This document shows positions 44,321-53,849 of a stretch of DNA of 62,552 bases, in pieces (the first letter of the stretch is position 1; each line of letters starts with the position of its first letter). The stretch spans positions 1 to 62,552 of the forward strand of contig JBAZML010000004.1 of the NCBI GenBank assembly GCA_041649835.1, read 5' to 3'. This DNA comes from Candidatus Shapirobacteria bacterium. Its GTDB lineage: Bacteria > Patescibacteriota > Microgenomatia > UBA12405. Below the pieces are notes generated by a model that was not told the origin of the DNA, ran no database searches, and saw only the letters and a list, made by a program, of their open reading frames with translations. Both the position numbers and the translations under genes were made by a program.

Positions 44321-47097
44321 GAACTTTTTTCAAGACTAAGAGTATCTCCAACCTTGATAGAGTTGGCTAAAGTTTTTTCTAAAAGCTTTGATTCAAATTC
44401 TTTTGGCCAAGTTGGTGCAATGATAGTAATTCTATCTTGAACTTGTAGGCCTTGAGTTTTTCTTAAAACCTGAATATTTCTAAGTAAATCCCGATATTCA
44501 CCTTCGGCGGCTAATTCTGGGGTAATAGTTGTTTCTAAAATTGTTTTAATATCAGGAGTTACTTTTGTTATATTGACACTTTTTACATTAACTTCTTCGG
44601 CAATAATATCGAGTAAATCCTGACTTATTTCATTGGGACAATGAATATCAAGATTGGATAATGGTTGCCGGATTTTAATGGCAGCTTTTTGTCGTTCGGC
44701 ATGTGCCAATTGACATAAAGCTCTAACCAGTTCCATGTCCTTTTCTAACTTTTCGTCGATAAGTGTTTTATCACTTTTTGGCCAAGCTTCGATGTGAACG
44801 GATGATTTTTGATGGAGATTTTGATATAAAATTTCACTTAAAAATGGAGTTATGGGTGCCATTAATATAAAAATATTGTCAAAAACATGGGTTAACAATT
44901 CAAAATTATCATTCCTATCTCGACTTCTGCGGATATACCAGGTTGAAAGATCGTTAACGAATTTTTCGATACTTTCAGTAACTTTAGAAGTATTATATTT
45001 TTCTAAATTTTTGGTGGTAATTTCAATAGTATGATTTAAACGTGAAAGTAACCATTTATCCATAGGATGGGTAAATTGCTGTGCAACTCTTTTTACTACA
45101 TCTTGATTTGGTTGCCAGTTTTCTATGTTGGCGTGTTGAGTGAAAAAACGATAAGAATTCCATAGAATTAAAAGGAAATCTCGTTTGACTTGGTCAGCGA
45201 TGTTATAACCAAAGTTGACACTGGTGTGAGCTTTTTGTTGGCAATAAAGCCATCTCATAGGATCGGCACCCATTTTTTCAATGGCTTCGTCAAAAGGAAT
45301 ACCATTTTTTTTGGTTTTACTCATCCTTTCTCCTTTTTGATCACGGACTTCGGAATAAGTGACGACACTTTTGTAAGGAGCGACACTCTCAAGAGTGACG
45401 CTGAAATAAAGCATGGAATAAAACCAAAGACGAATCTGTTCGGTCATTTCTAAAACCATTTCGGCAGGGAACCATTTTTGCCAATATGATTTATCGCTGA
45501 GATATTCAAGAGTAGAAAAAGGTACAACTCCAGCATCAAGCCAAACATCACCAACATCAGGGATTCGTTTGACGTTTTTGCCACATTTGGGACAAGTTAT
45601 TTCGATTTCATCAATCCAGGGACGATGAAAAGATGGTAATTTTTCGACCATTTCAGGATTAATGGCTTTTTGCTGTAACTCTTCTTTGGAACCAATGACC
45701 GTTAATTCACCACAATCACATTGATAAAAGGGTAAAGCCAGACCATAGAAACGTTTACGGCTTATCATCCAATCTTCCATGGAATCAAGCCAGTTTTGCA
45801 TCCGGCGACCGGTATATTTGGGATGCCAGTCAACTTTTTTGGCAGCCTCTTTTAATAAGGGACGGATTTCGTCAGAATTGATGTACCAGGAGTTTTCTAG
45901 TTTAAACAAACACTTGGTTTTACAGCGCCAGCAATGGGGATAACGATGAGTTATGGATTCTGTTTTAAAAAGCGAGTCAATTGATTTTAAATATTCAAAA
46001 ACTTCATCATTAACTCCATGGGCATATTTTCCGGTCAAATTACCATAACCCTCACCAATATGGCCATTGTCTGTTAGGGGTGACAACATATCAGCATTGA
46101 GTTTTTTACCTAATTCAAAATCCTCTTGACCACAGCCGGGGGCAATATGAACAACGCCCGTACCTTCGGAAGGATTTACCTGGTCCCACTCGGTAATGTA
46201 GTGATTAATCCCCTGTTGAGCTGGGATATTAAAGACTGAATCATATTTTAAATTTAATAATGTTTTACCATCAATTGGTTCATAATCAGTTAATCCCAAC
46301 CTATCAGCAGATTCACGAGCGAGATATAAAATTTGATTTTCGTATTTGGCTTTTACATATTCAAAATCAGTATTAATAGCTAGTAAAACATTGGCGGCGA
46401 GAGTCCAGGGAGTAGTAGTCCAGGCGAGAACATATTCATTGTCGCGACCAGATAATTTAAATTTTAAAAAGACAGAAGTATCGGTATCCATTTGATAACC
46501 ATCAGTCTGTTCATGTTGAGAAAGACCGGTTTCACAACGGGGACACCAGGTGGTGGCACTTTTCTTTTTGACAAGCCAGCCTTTTTGCCAGACAGTTTTC
46601 AAAAAATGCCAGATATAAAGATTGTTAGTTTGAGAATTGGTGTAATAAGAGTTATCCCAATCCATAAACATACCAAGACGTATGGATTGTTCAGTTTGGA
46701 TTTTTGAAAATTTATCGACACGAGCCAAGCAAGCTTTGGTGAAGTTTTCCACCCCAAATTCTTGAATGTCTTTTTTAGAGTTAAAACCATTTTCTTTTTC
46801 AACTTCAACTTCGACCCAAAGTCCTTGACAATCAAAACCATTTTGAAACCTTTGAGCGAACCCCTCCGCATTTTTAAATCTCTGAAAAACGTCTTTTAGA
46901 GTTCGGCCACGGGCATGATGAACACCCATGGGAGCGTTGGCAGTAATTGGTCCATCAATAAATGAAAAGGTTTCGGTAGAGTTGTCATTTTTGTGAAGAT
47001 ATTTTTCGAAAATATCGTTTTTTTGCCACCAAGTTAATATTTCTTTTTCCTGTTGAGGAAAATCAGGAGTATTGGGAAGTTCTTTGAAGTAAGACAT
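44317..47097 (-). CDS. ileS: Isoleucine--tRNA ligase, type 2 (IleRS2)
   Basis: GPITANAPMGVHH, GFDCQGL, WTTTPWTL, GTGVVHIAPG, DWMISRKRFYG, RMSKT. Confidence 0.93.
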   Translation of the reverse strand: MSYFKELPNTPDFPQQEKEILTWWQKNDIFEKYLHKNDNSTETFSFIDGPITANAPMGVHHARGRTLKDVFQRFKNAEGFAQRFQNGFDCQGLWVEVEVEKENGFNSKKDIQEFGVENFTKACLARVDKFSKIQTEQSIRLGMFMDWDNSYYTNSQTNNLYIWHFLKTVWQKGWLVKKKSATTWCPRCETGLSQHEQTDGYQMDTDTSVFLKFKLSGRDNEYVLAWTTTPWTLAANVLLAINTDFEYVKAKYENQILYLARESADRLGLTDYEPIDGKTLLNLKYDSVFNIPAQQGINHYITEWDQVNPSEGTGVVHIAPGCGQEDFELGKKLNADMLSPLTDNGHIGEGYGNLTGKYAHGVNDEVFEYLKSIDSLFKTESITHRYPHCWRCKTKCLFKLENSWYINSDEIRPLLKEAAKKVDWHPKYTGRRMQNWLDSMEDWMISRKRFYGLALPFYQCDCGELTVIGSKEELQQKAINPEMVEKLPSFHRPWIDEIEITCPKCGKNVKRIPDVGDVWLDAGVVPFSTLEYLSDKSYWQKWFPAEMVLEMTEQIRLWFYSMLYFSVTLESVAPYKSVVTYSEVRDQKGERMSKTKKNGIPFDEAIEKMGADPMRWLYCQQKAHTSVNFGYNIADQVKRDFLLILWNSYRFFTQHANIENWQPNQDVVKRVAQQFTHPMDKWLLSRLNHTIEITTKNLEKYNTSKVTESIEKFVNDLSTWYIRRSRDRNDNFELLTHVFDNIFILMAPITPFLSEILYQNLHQKSSVHIEAWPKSDKTLIDEKLEKDMELVRALCQLAHAERQKAAIKIRQPLSNLDIHCPNEISQDLLDIIAEEVNVKSVNITKVTPDIKTILETTITPELAAEGEYRDLLRNIQVLRKTQGLQVQDRITIIAPTWPKEFESKLLEKTLANSIKVGDTLSLEKSS

Positions 47098-47126
47098 GGT
47101 TTATTATATAAAATTTTAATTGATTT

Positions 47127-47152
47127 ATCCGACTCGCTTGTGCTCGCTGGAT
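47127..47152. repeat. REP-like hairpin
   Basis: ATCC-gactcgcttgtgctcgct-GGAT; core resembles the element at 4915-4940. Confidence 0.4.
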
Positions 47153-47200
47153 GGTATTTTAGGAAAAATTTTTCACTTTGTTTAAATTTTTATCTAAAAT

Positions 47201-47228
47201 ACAAAAAAATCCGCTTTTTTGCGGATTT
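47201..47228 (-). terminator. Intrinsic terminator of the dcw/ftsZ transcript
   Basis: Minus strand AAATCCGC-aaaaaa-GCGGATTT followed by a T tract. Confidence 0.75.
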
Positions 47229-47234
47229 AAATAT

Positions 47235-47267
47235 GCCATCGTCTCCCGACTTGTCGGGATGGATGGC
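47235..47267. repeat. Long GC-rich hairpin (REP-like)
   Basis: GCCATC-gtc-TCCCGAC-tt-GTCGGGA-tg-GATGGC. Confidence 0.55.
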
Positions 47268-47318
47268 TATGTAATAATTATTGAATTAATACTGAACACT
47301 GGGCTTATTATACAATGA

Positions 47319-48470
47319 TTATTTATTTTTTCTTAAAAAGGCGGGGATGTCGAATTCATCTTCAATTTCAACACCCATGGGAATTTCCTGATCTGCCATC
47401 AAGTTTTGAAGTTGAGGAGCCAACTCTTTTGGTTCTTCAATGGAGTCAAGATTAATAAGTGTTTTTTGGAGAGATAGTGGTTTTTTGTAGGAGGAATATA
47501 CTGAATTTTTAGCAGGGTCAAAACCGGTGGCAATGACAGTAACCTTAATTTTATCCTTTAGATCAGGATCTATTGATGCTCCAAAGATGACATTGGCATC
47601 GGTAGCAACGTGAGAGGTAATAGTTTTTGCTGATTCTTCAATTTCGGCCATAGTTAGGTCCGGGCCTCCGGTTATATTGATGAGAACTCCGCGAGCACCA
47701 TCAATATTAACCTCAACTAAGGGTGAATCAATTGCGGCTTCAACGGCATCTTGGGCTTTGTTAGCACCTTCCCCTTCTCCAACGCCCATTAGAGCGGATC
47801 CGGCGTTACTCATAATGGATTTAATATCAGCGAAATCCAAGTTAATGAGTCCGGGTGTAGTTATAAGATCGGCAATGGCTTTGGTGCCCTTGGTTAAGAC
47901 TGAATCGGCGATTTTGAAGGCTTCAAGCAATGTTGCTTGAGAATTAACCACTTCCATAACCCTTTGATTAGGAATAACAATTAGGGTGTCGACGTTTTGC
48001 CGAAGTCGAGATAGACCCTCATCTGCCTTGCTCATACGTCGGGTGCCCTCAAATAAAAATGGTTTGGTGACGACGGCAATTGTTAGAATATTTAATTCTT
48101 TTTTGGCTATTTCAGCAATTATTGGAGCTGCACCGGTACAGGTGCCTCCACCCATGCCACCAGTGATAAAAAGCATATCTGTACCCTCAAGGACTTCTTT
48201 GATGCGTTCTCGGGATTCTTCGGCAGCTTGTTGACCGATGTTCGGATCGCCTCCAGCTCCAAGACCTTTGGTGATTTTTTCGCCAATTTGAATTTTGATC
48301 GGAGCCAACGAATTTAATAAGGCTTGAGAATCGGTGTTGACAGCAATAAAATCGACACCTTTGATTTCTTCTTGAGAAATCATTGAGTTGACGGCGTTAT
48401 TACCACCACCACCGACACCGATGACTTTTATTTTGGCAAATTGACCAGTAAGAGTTTTAATTAAGCCCAT
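47319..48470 (-). CDS. ftsZ: Cell division protein FtsZ
   Basis: GVGGGGNNAV, GGMGGGTCTG, NLDFAD, C-terminal DIPAFLR. Confidence 0.98.
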   Translation of the reverse strand: MGLIKTLTGQFAKIKVIGVGGGGNNAVNSMISQEEIKGVDFIAVNTDSQALLNSLAPIKIQIGEKITKGLGAGGDPNIGQQAAEESRERIKEVLEGTDMLFITGGMGGGTCTGAAPIIAEIAKKELNILTIAVVTKPFLFEGTRRMSKADEGLSRLRQNVDTLIVIPNQRVMEVVNSQATLLEAFKIADSVLTKGTKAIADLITTPGLINLDFADIKSIMSNAGSALMGVGEGEGANKAQDAVEAAIDSPLVEVNIDGARGVLINITGGPDLTMAEIEESAKTITSHVATDANVIFGASIDPDLKDKIKVTVIATGFDPAKNSVYSSYKKPLSLQKTLINLDSIEEPKELAPQLQNLMADQEIPMGVEIEDEFDIPAFLRKNK

Positions 48471-48472
48471 AT

Positions 48473-49726
48473 TTAGGGTAAAAGAGGTTCAATAAAATTT
48501 TTAAGACGTCCAAAAATTCCATCAAAAGATACTTTTAATTTTTTGTTTGAAGAATTATTTTTTGGGTTAATTTTATGGGTTTGAAAGTACAGGATGGTAC
48601 CAATAGTACTGGAAAATGCCGGATTGGTGATGTCATCAACCAAACCTCCTAATCGTGGAGGTTCTGCTATTCTGACCGGGAGTGGAATAATATCACCGCA
48701 TATTTCTTTGGCTAAAATGGTTTGAGAACCACCTCCGGTCAAGACAATACCGGCCGGGATAGAATTTTTATAGCCATTATCTTCAATTTGATCGAAAATA
48801 AGACCAAATATTTCTTCTAATCTGGCTTTAATAATACCGTTAACTGTGGTAGAAAAAGAGATTTTCTTTTTATCTTCGCCAAGAATACCCAGATGAGTCA
48901 ATTCAATTTCGTCTTCAAAGCCTTTTTTGTCGGCATAAGCTTTTAATTTTATTTTGATTTTTTCGGAATCTTGAAGGGGCAGTCTCAGACCTATAGCTAA
49001 ATCATTGGTGATGTTGTTGGCACCAATGGGAATAACACCGGAAAAGATGGGTGAGGATTCCTGAAAAATTGTCAGAGTAGTGTTACTTCCACCAATATCC
49101 ACAAGAGCAACACCTAATTCTGTTTCAGTATCAGTCAGGCAAGCTTTGGCAGCAGTTAAACCGGAATATGCCAATGAATCGACTTTTATACCGATATCTT
49201 CGAGACACTTGTAGAGATTTTTTAAAGCTGGAGTTGAAGCTATGATTAAATGAGTTTCCACTTCAAGACGAATACCATTCATTCCAATTGGATCGACAAC
49301 ACCTTCCTGACCGTCAACAGTATAAAGTCTGGGAATAACATGAATAATTTCTTTGTTGGCTGGTAGCGAAATTGCCTTGGCAGCTTCGATAGCTCTTTCG
49401 ATATCAGCTGCAGAAATTTCTCCGTTGGTACTACTAATGGCGGTAACCCCTTTGGAGTTAATTGATTCAAAATGAGGAGCTGTTAGGGAAATGAAAGCAT
49501 GATTGATTTGAAAACCAGCCATTCTTTCAGAAGATTCTATACATTCGGTTATAGTTTTGGAGGCTTGTTCAAGATTAATAATTTGACCCTTTTTAAATCC
49601 AACAGCTGGAACTGAAGCAACCCCAACGACATTGATTTTTGTTTCATTTTCCGGATATTGCCCGATAATGCTGGTTATCTTTGAGGTACCGATGTCTAAA
49701 CAATTGATAGTCTTAAAATGTTGCAT
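48473..49726 (-). CDS. ftsA: Cell division protein FtsA
   Basis: LDIGTSK, VDIGGSNT, GIVLTGGG. Confidence 0.96.
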   Translation of the reverse strand: MQHFKTINCLDIGTSKITSIIGQYPENETKINVVGVASVPAVGFKKGQIINLEQASKTITECIESSERMAGFQINHAFISLTAPHFESINSKGVTAISSTNGEISAADIERAIEAAKAISLPANKEIIHVIPRLYTVDGQEGVVDPIGMNGIRLEVETHLIIASTPALKNLYKCLEDIGIKVDSLAYSGLTAAKACLTDTETELGVALVDIGGSNTTLTIFQESSPIFSGVIPIGANNITNDLAIGLRLPLQDSEKIKIKLKAYADKKGFEDEIELTHLGILGEDKKKISFSTTVNGIIKARLEEIFGLIFDQIEDNGYKNSIPAGIVLTGGGSQTILAKEICGDIIPLPVRIAEPPRLGGLVDDITNPAFSSTIGTILYFQTHKINPKNNSSNKKLKVSFDGIFGRLKNFIEPLLP

Positions 49727-49735
49727 GTTTTAATT

Positions 49736-50815
49736 TTAGAGCCTTTTGATAAGTTTTAATAGTTTAAGATTTGGTGACGGTGGAATTGAGGAGGTATTTT
49801 TTTTAATATATAAAAGTTTATAGATAGCACTATCAAGTGAATCACTGGTAAGTTCCGCATCTTTAATTATAATTGTATTTTTGGGTGATTTTTTTTGTAA
49901 CCATAAAGCATTTTTAAGTTGTTCATCTTGTTGGCTTATGGGTAAGGGAATAACAATGGAATTGAGATTTAAGGTGGCAATTTCTTGGGTTGTATTGGCA
50001 CCGGCCCGGCTGATAGTAACTGCAGCATGATGAAATACCCAACCAATATCAGCTGAATCAATGTAGTCTTTGGTTATGTAATTAGGGAATTTTTTAGAAA
50101 GCCGGCTGAAGGACTTGAAATCTTTTGGTCCGGTTTGATGGATAACTGTAAAATTTTGAGTCAGAAAAGATAATAACTTTTTTAAAATTATGTTTAGGTG
50201 ATGAGAACCTTGATTACCTGCAGTAAGATAAATCAGTGGAAATTTTTTGAGATTGAATTTTTCTTTTTCGAAAGTTTCGGAGTGAATATTAAATATTTCT
50301 CTTCGAAGAAGATTACCAGTCAAATGATGTTTGTCAGACATTTTTTGAATCGGAAAGGAGAGAGCTGTAAATTGCGAAAAGAGTGAATTAATTCTGGTAG
50401 ATAAACTCAGAGTTTGAGTTTGTTCATGAGTAATGGAAGGGATTTTATTAAAATAGGCGGCTATGACGACGGGAACGGAGACATAACCACCAAAGGAAAC
50501 AACCAGATGGGGTTTAATTTTAGTGATGATTTTATGAGCCTCCTTAAAGCCGATAAAAATTTGGGGTAAACCGGAAAGAGTATTTGGTAACCAACGACGA
50601 TCAAATTTACCACAAGGAATACCGTAAAATTTAACTTTATAGTGCGGAATTATTTTTGATTCAATTGAAATTTCTGTATCAACACTGGAATTAAATTGCC
50701 GACCAATGTAATAGATATCCCAGTTGATGTCGCGATCATCTCTTAGTTGATGAATTAATTCAAGAGCGGGAGTGGTGTGGGTGCCGGTAATGATTATTTT
50801 TCTCGTTTCGGTCAT
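49736..50815 (-). CDS. murG: Lipid I N-acetylglucosaminyltransferase MurG
   Basis: TGTHTTP, FGGYVSVP, HEQ, GNLLR, GNQGS, SRAGANT, Q..NA. Confidence 0.92.
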   Translation of the reverse strand: MTETRKIIITGTHTTPALELIHQLRDDRDINWDIYYIGRQFNSSVDTEISIESKIIPHYKVKFYGIPCGKFDRRWLPNTLSGLPQIFIGFKEAHKIITKIKPHLVVSFGGYVSVPVVIAAYFNKIPSITHEQTQTLSLSTRINSLFSQFTALSFPIQKMSDKHHLTGNLLRREIFNIHSETFEKEKFNLKKFPLIYLTAGNQGSHHLNIILKKLLSFLTQNFTVIHQTGPKDFKSFSRLSKKFPNYITKDYIDSADIGWVFHHAAVTISRAGANTTQEIATLNLNSIVIPLPISQQDEQLKNALWLQKKSPKNTIIIKDAELTSDSLDSAIYKLLYIKKNTSSIPPSPNLKLLKLIKRL

Positions 50816-51890
50816 TAACTGAGTATAGCAATTTAGAATATCTTTTTTCGATATTCATAGCCAAACCAAGAGCGCAAAACAAGGTTATTAATGAAGATCC
50901 TCCATAGGCGATGAAAGGAAAAGGAATGCCGGTTAGTGGTATCAGGGCAACAATAGCTGCGAAATTAATTAAACCTTGATAAGCAATCCAACAGGCAATG
51001 CCCCCCAAAAGTAATTTTTCGTAAAGTTCGGTAGCGATTTGAGAAATTCGAATAAGACGAGAAATTAATAACAAATATAAATAAGTAATCAGAGTCAAAC
51101 CGATAAATCCTGTCTCTTCACCGACAATAGCCAGTATCGAATCGGTACTAATTTTGGGGAGAAACTTGTATTTATGATCAGAATTGGCAAAACCTTTACC
51201 TGATAATCCGCCAGAGGCAAGTGACAAAATCATTTGTTCACTGTGATAACTAAGATTTTGGTCGGTCTGTTGATTTAATAAAGTTTTGACACGATTAAGT
51301 CGGTATGGAGATATCAAAATCAATAACAAACTCATGATAGTAATGACAAATCCCGCTGAAAATAGACTCAATATTTCTGCACCTGATAAATAGTATATGG
51401 AGATAACAATGGCAGAAATCATAACGGTAGTACTCAGATTTGGTTCAGAAATAATCAAAATTAAAGGTAGTCCTAAATATAAGGCTAAATTTTTGAGATT
51501 TCTTTTTTCCGACAATGAAAATAAATAAGAAAAAAAGATAACTGATGCCAGTTTGAAAAGTTCAGAGGGTTGAAAATTAAAAAATCCGAGATCAATTTGT
51601 CGTCGGGCTCCAAGAATTTTAAGGCCAATTCCGGGAATTAAGACTAAAATTAGCAGGATAACGGAGACAAAATAAATTCGAAAAGAATTGTTGACAAAAA
51701 TACTCAGTTTGATTTTTGAAATGATGAACATACAGATGAATCCGAATCCTAGCCAGATGAGTTGTTTTTTTAAAAAAAAATACGGATCACCAAGAGTTTT
51801 TTCAGCCTCAAAAAGTGATGAAGAAGAAATAAAAAGAAGACCAATAAATGACAAAAGTGACGAATAAGTGAACAAGGGAGATATCTTCAT
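50760..51890 (-). CDS. ftsW: SEDS protein FtsW
   Basis: KKQLIW, GARRQI, FQPSELFK, EPNLS, YRLNR, GIPFPFIAYGGSS. Confidence 0.93.
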   Translation of the reverse strand: MKISPLFTYSSLLSFIGLLFISSSSLFEAEKTLGDPYFFLKKQLIWLGFGFICMFIISKIKLSIFVNNSFRIYFVSVILLILVLIPGIGLKILGARRQIDLGFFNFQPSELFKLASVIFFSYLFSLSEKRNLKNLALYLGLPLILIISEPNLSTTVMISAIVISIYYLSGAEILSLFSAGFVITIMSLLLILISPYRLNRVKTLLNQQTDQNLSYHSEQMILSLASGGLSGKGFANSDHKYKFLPKISTDSILAIVGEETGFIGLTLITYLYLLLISRLIRISQIATELYEKLLLGGIACWIAYQGLINFAAIVALIPLTGIPFPFIAYGGSSLITLFCALGLAMNIEKRYSKLLYSVNDRNEKNNHYRHPHHSRS

Positions 51891-51891
51891 T

Positions 51892-52983
51892 TCAAAATTT
51901 TGCTAGGATTTCAGGTCTAATAATAATTGGATCAATTTGATTTGAAAATATTTCAAATGAATTATATTTTTGGATGGTAATCCCCTTTTGATCTCTTTTG
52001 GTTAATTCCGAACCGATTATATTTTGATTGCTAAATCTTTTTTGTTCCTGAGCAATATCGATTGAGTAATTTAAATTGATAAATTCGGCTAAGTGATAAT
52101 AAAAAAGAGGGGTTAAATTGTTAATTAATTCAATTTGGGTATAAAAAGCAAAAGAAGCGGTCAGACGGGGATTACACTCCAGTAGATAAACCTGATTATC
52201 TGAGACAATAAAGTCTAAACCAAAAAAACCACGATAATTTAATGGTTTTAATATTTTTTCAGAAAAATTGGTAGTGATTTGATTTATTTGTTCCTGAATT
52301 TCCACGGGTGCAAGGGAGGGCCATTGGCGTCCAACTGTGGCAAAAGGATTTTGGGTAAAATCGATTAGACCAGTATATTGAAGTGCCGGAGGACTTTGAA
52401 TTAATCCGTAACGAGTGAGACAACAATTATTTAATAAAGAATAACCTGTTAAAAGCGGCGAAAATTTGGCTAAAGTTTTTTGGGGAATAATAGTTTGAGC
52501 AATTTCATAATTATTGAAATGGTGAGTACTGTTACCTGCCCAACCAAAATGAGTTTGGATAATTAAATTTTCACCGAATTTTTCCTGGGTTTTTTTAAAA
52601 GATTCCTGATTGAATTCCGCAATTATACCCGGTACAACCGGTAATTTATTTTGTTGACATATATCGAAGAATTTAACCTTATCTTCTAAAAATCGGTTCA
52701 TAGAAGCGGCATTACTGGCATTAATCCAGTGATTTTTTAAAGTTAAATGTTCAATTTTAGCGGAAGGTTTAAAAGGAATAATGACGGGTTTTGGAAATAA
52801 TTTTATTTTTTCTTGAATATTATTTTGAGACAAAAGGAAACCGCTATTTTTTATTTTTAAATTATCTTGAAAAATAGACTGAAAATTAGGTAGCTCGGGC
52901 AAATTTATGTCTAAAAATTTGTCGACTACTAAGAAGAAAAAATCGTAACCGGAATTTTTTAATAAATCTTCTAAATGATTCAT
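51892..52983 (-). CDS. ATP-grasp carboxylate-amine ligase of unknown specificity
   Basis: LEDKVKFF, FGWAGNST loop, YRGFFGLDFIV...VYLLECNPR. Confidence 0.82.
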   Translation of the reverse strand: MNHLEDLLKNSGYDFFFLVVDKFLDINLPELPNFQSIFQDNLKIKNSGFLLSQNNIQEKIKLFPKPVIIPFKPSAKIEHLTLKNHWINASNAASMNRFLEDKVKFFDICQQNKLPVVPGIIAEFNQESFKKTQEKFGENLIIQTHFGWAGNSTHHFNNYEIAQTIIPQKTLAKFSPLLTGYSLLNNCCLTRYGLIQSPPALQYTGLIDFTQNPFATVGRQWPSLAPVEIQEQINQITTNFSEKILKPLNYRGFFGLDFIVSDNQVYLLECNPRLTASFAFYTQIELINNLTPLFYYHLAEFINLNYSIDIAQEQKRFSNQNIIGSELTKRDQKGITIQKYNSFEIFSNQIDPIIIRPEILAKF

Positions 52984-53780
52984 AATCTGGCGGTACCGGT
53001 CAACAAAATAACCGGATATTCCCCAACTTCAAAGCTTTTTCGGGCTTCATAGAATGAGGCAAGGGTTAATGCAGATTCGGGAGAAGCTCTAAATTGTTTC
53101 ATAAATTCGAGACAATTGATTGCCTGAGTGTTTTTGACGATAATTCCAATACCTTGATGTTTTTTTATTGCCTGAATAATTTCCTTTTTTAGAGGTAGAT
53201 ATTTGACACTGAGAGCGTCGGTAATAGTTTCTGTTTCTAGTGTATATTGAGGGTCAAAGCTACTACAGATAGTGGGATTACTGGCGGGTTGAGCAGCGAA
53301 AATTTTAACGCTATCGGGCATAATTTTGCTGATTCCCAAAAGGGTGGTGCCGCTGCCGACAGGAATAAAAATACTGGTGATTTGAGGTAATTGGGCTAAT
53401 ATTTCGGTGGTAATTTGACCGTAGCCGGTTTGAGCAGTAATGTCGGTTGATTGACGAAGTAGATATGATTGGTTGGCTTTTGAAAATTTGATGGCATCAC
53501 TAATGGGTTTAAGGGATTCGATAATATGTCCTTTGATAAGGGATAATTTTTTGGGATTAATGTTTGGAGATACAAAAACGGTTAAAGGGATGCTGGCCTG
53601 TTGACAGTAAAAAGAGGCTGAAATAGCAGCGTTGCCAGTAGAGGAAATTACCGCTGATTTAAAGTCATTATTAATTAAATTTTGAACTTGTAAGGGCAAG
53701 GCTCGGTCTTTGGCTGAACCGGTAGGATTTTGATCTTCTCTCTTGAAATAAATTTCATCAATTTTGGTTAAGGGTGTCAT
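52980..53780 (-). CDS. Fold-type II PLP-dependent enzyme (threonine synthase/cysteine synthase-like)
   Basis: KREDQNPTGSAKDR (PLP lysine), SSTGNAA, PVGSGTT phosphate loop, VILLTG. Confidence 0.88.
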   Translation of the reverse strand: MTPLTKIDEIYFKREDQNPTGSAKDRALPLQVQNLINNDFKSAVISSTGNAAISASFYCQQASIPLTVFVSPNINPKKLSLIKGHIIESLKPISDAIKFSKANQSYLLRQSTDITAQTGYGQITTEILAQLPQITSIFIPVGSGTTLLGISKIMPDSVKIFAAQPASNPTICSSFDPQYTLETETITDALSVKYLPLKKEIIQAIKKHQGIGIIVKNTQAINCLEFMKQFRASPESALTLASFYEARKSFEVGEYPVILLTGTARL

Positions 53781-53849
53781 ATTAGATAAATAGTTGATTA
53801 GATGAGTAGATGTGTAATAATCGAATTGATTATATTTTAACTAAATTAT

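Noticed and set aside
41625-45100. parS sites near parB
   Set aside because: No TGTTTCACGTGAAACA-like palindrome was found by eye, only partial ACGTGAA matches inside coding sequence.
47677-48234. Plus-strand ORFs inside ftsZ, and similar short ORFs inside ppsA, dnaE, lemA, ileS and murA
   Set aside because: They are antisense shadows of well-supported genes with no protein motifs.
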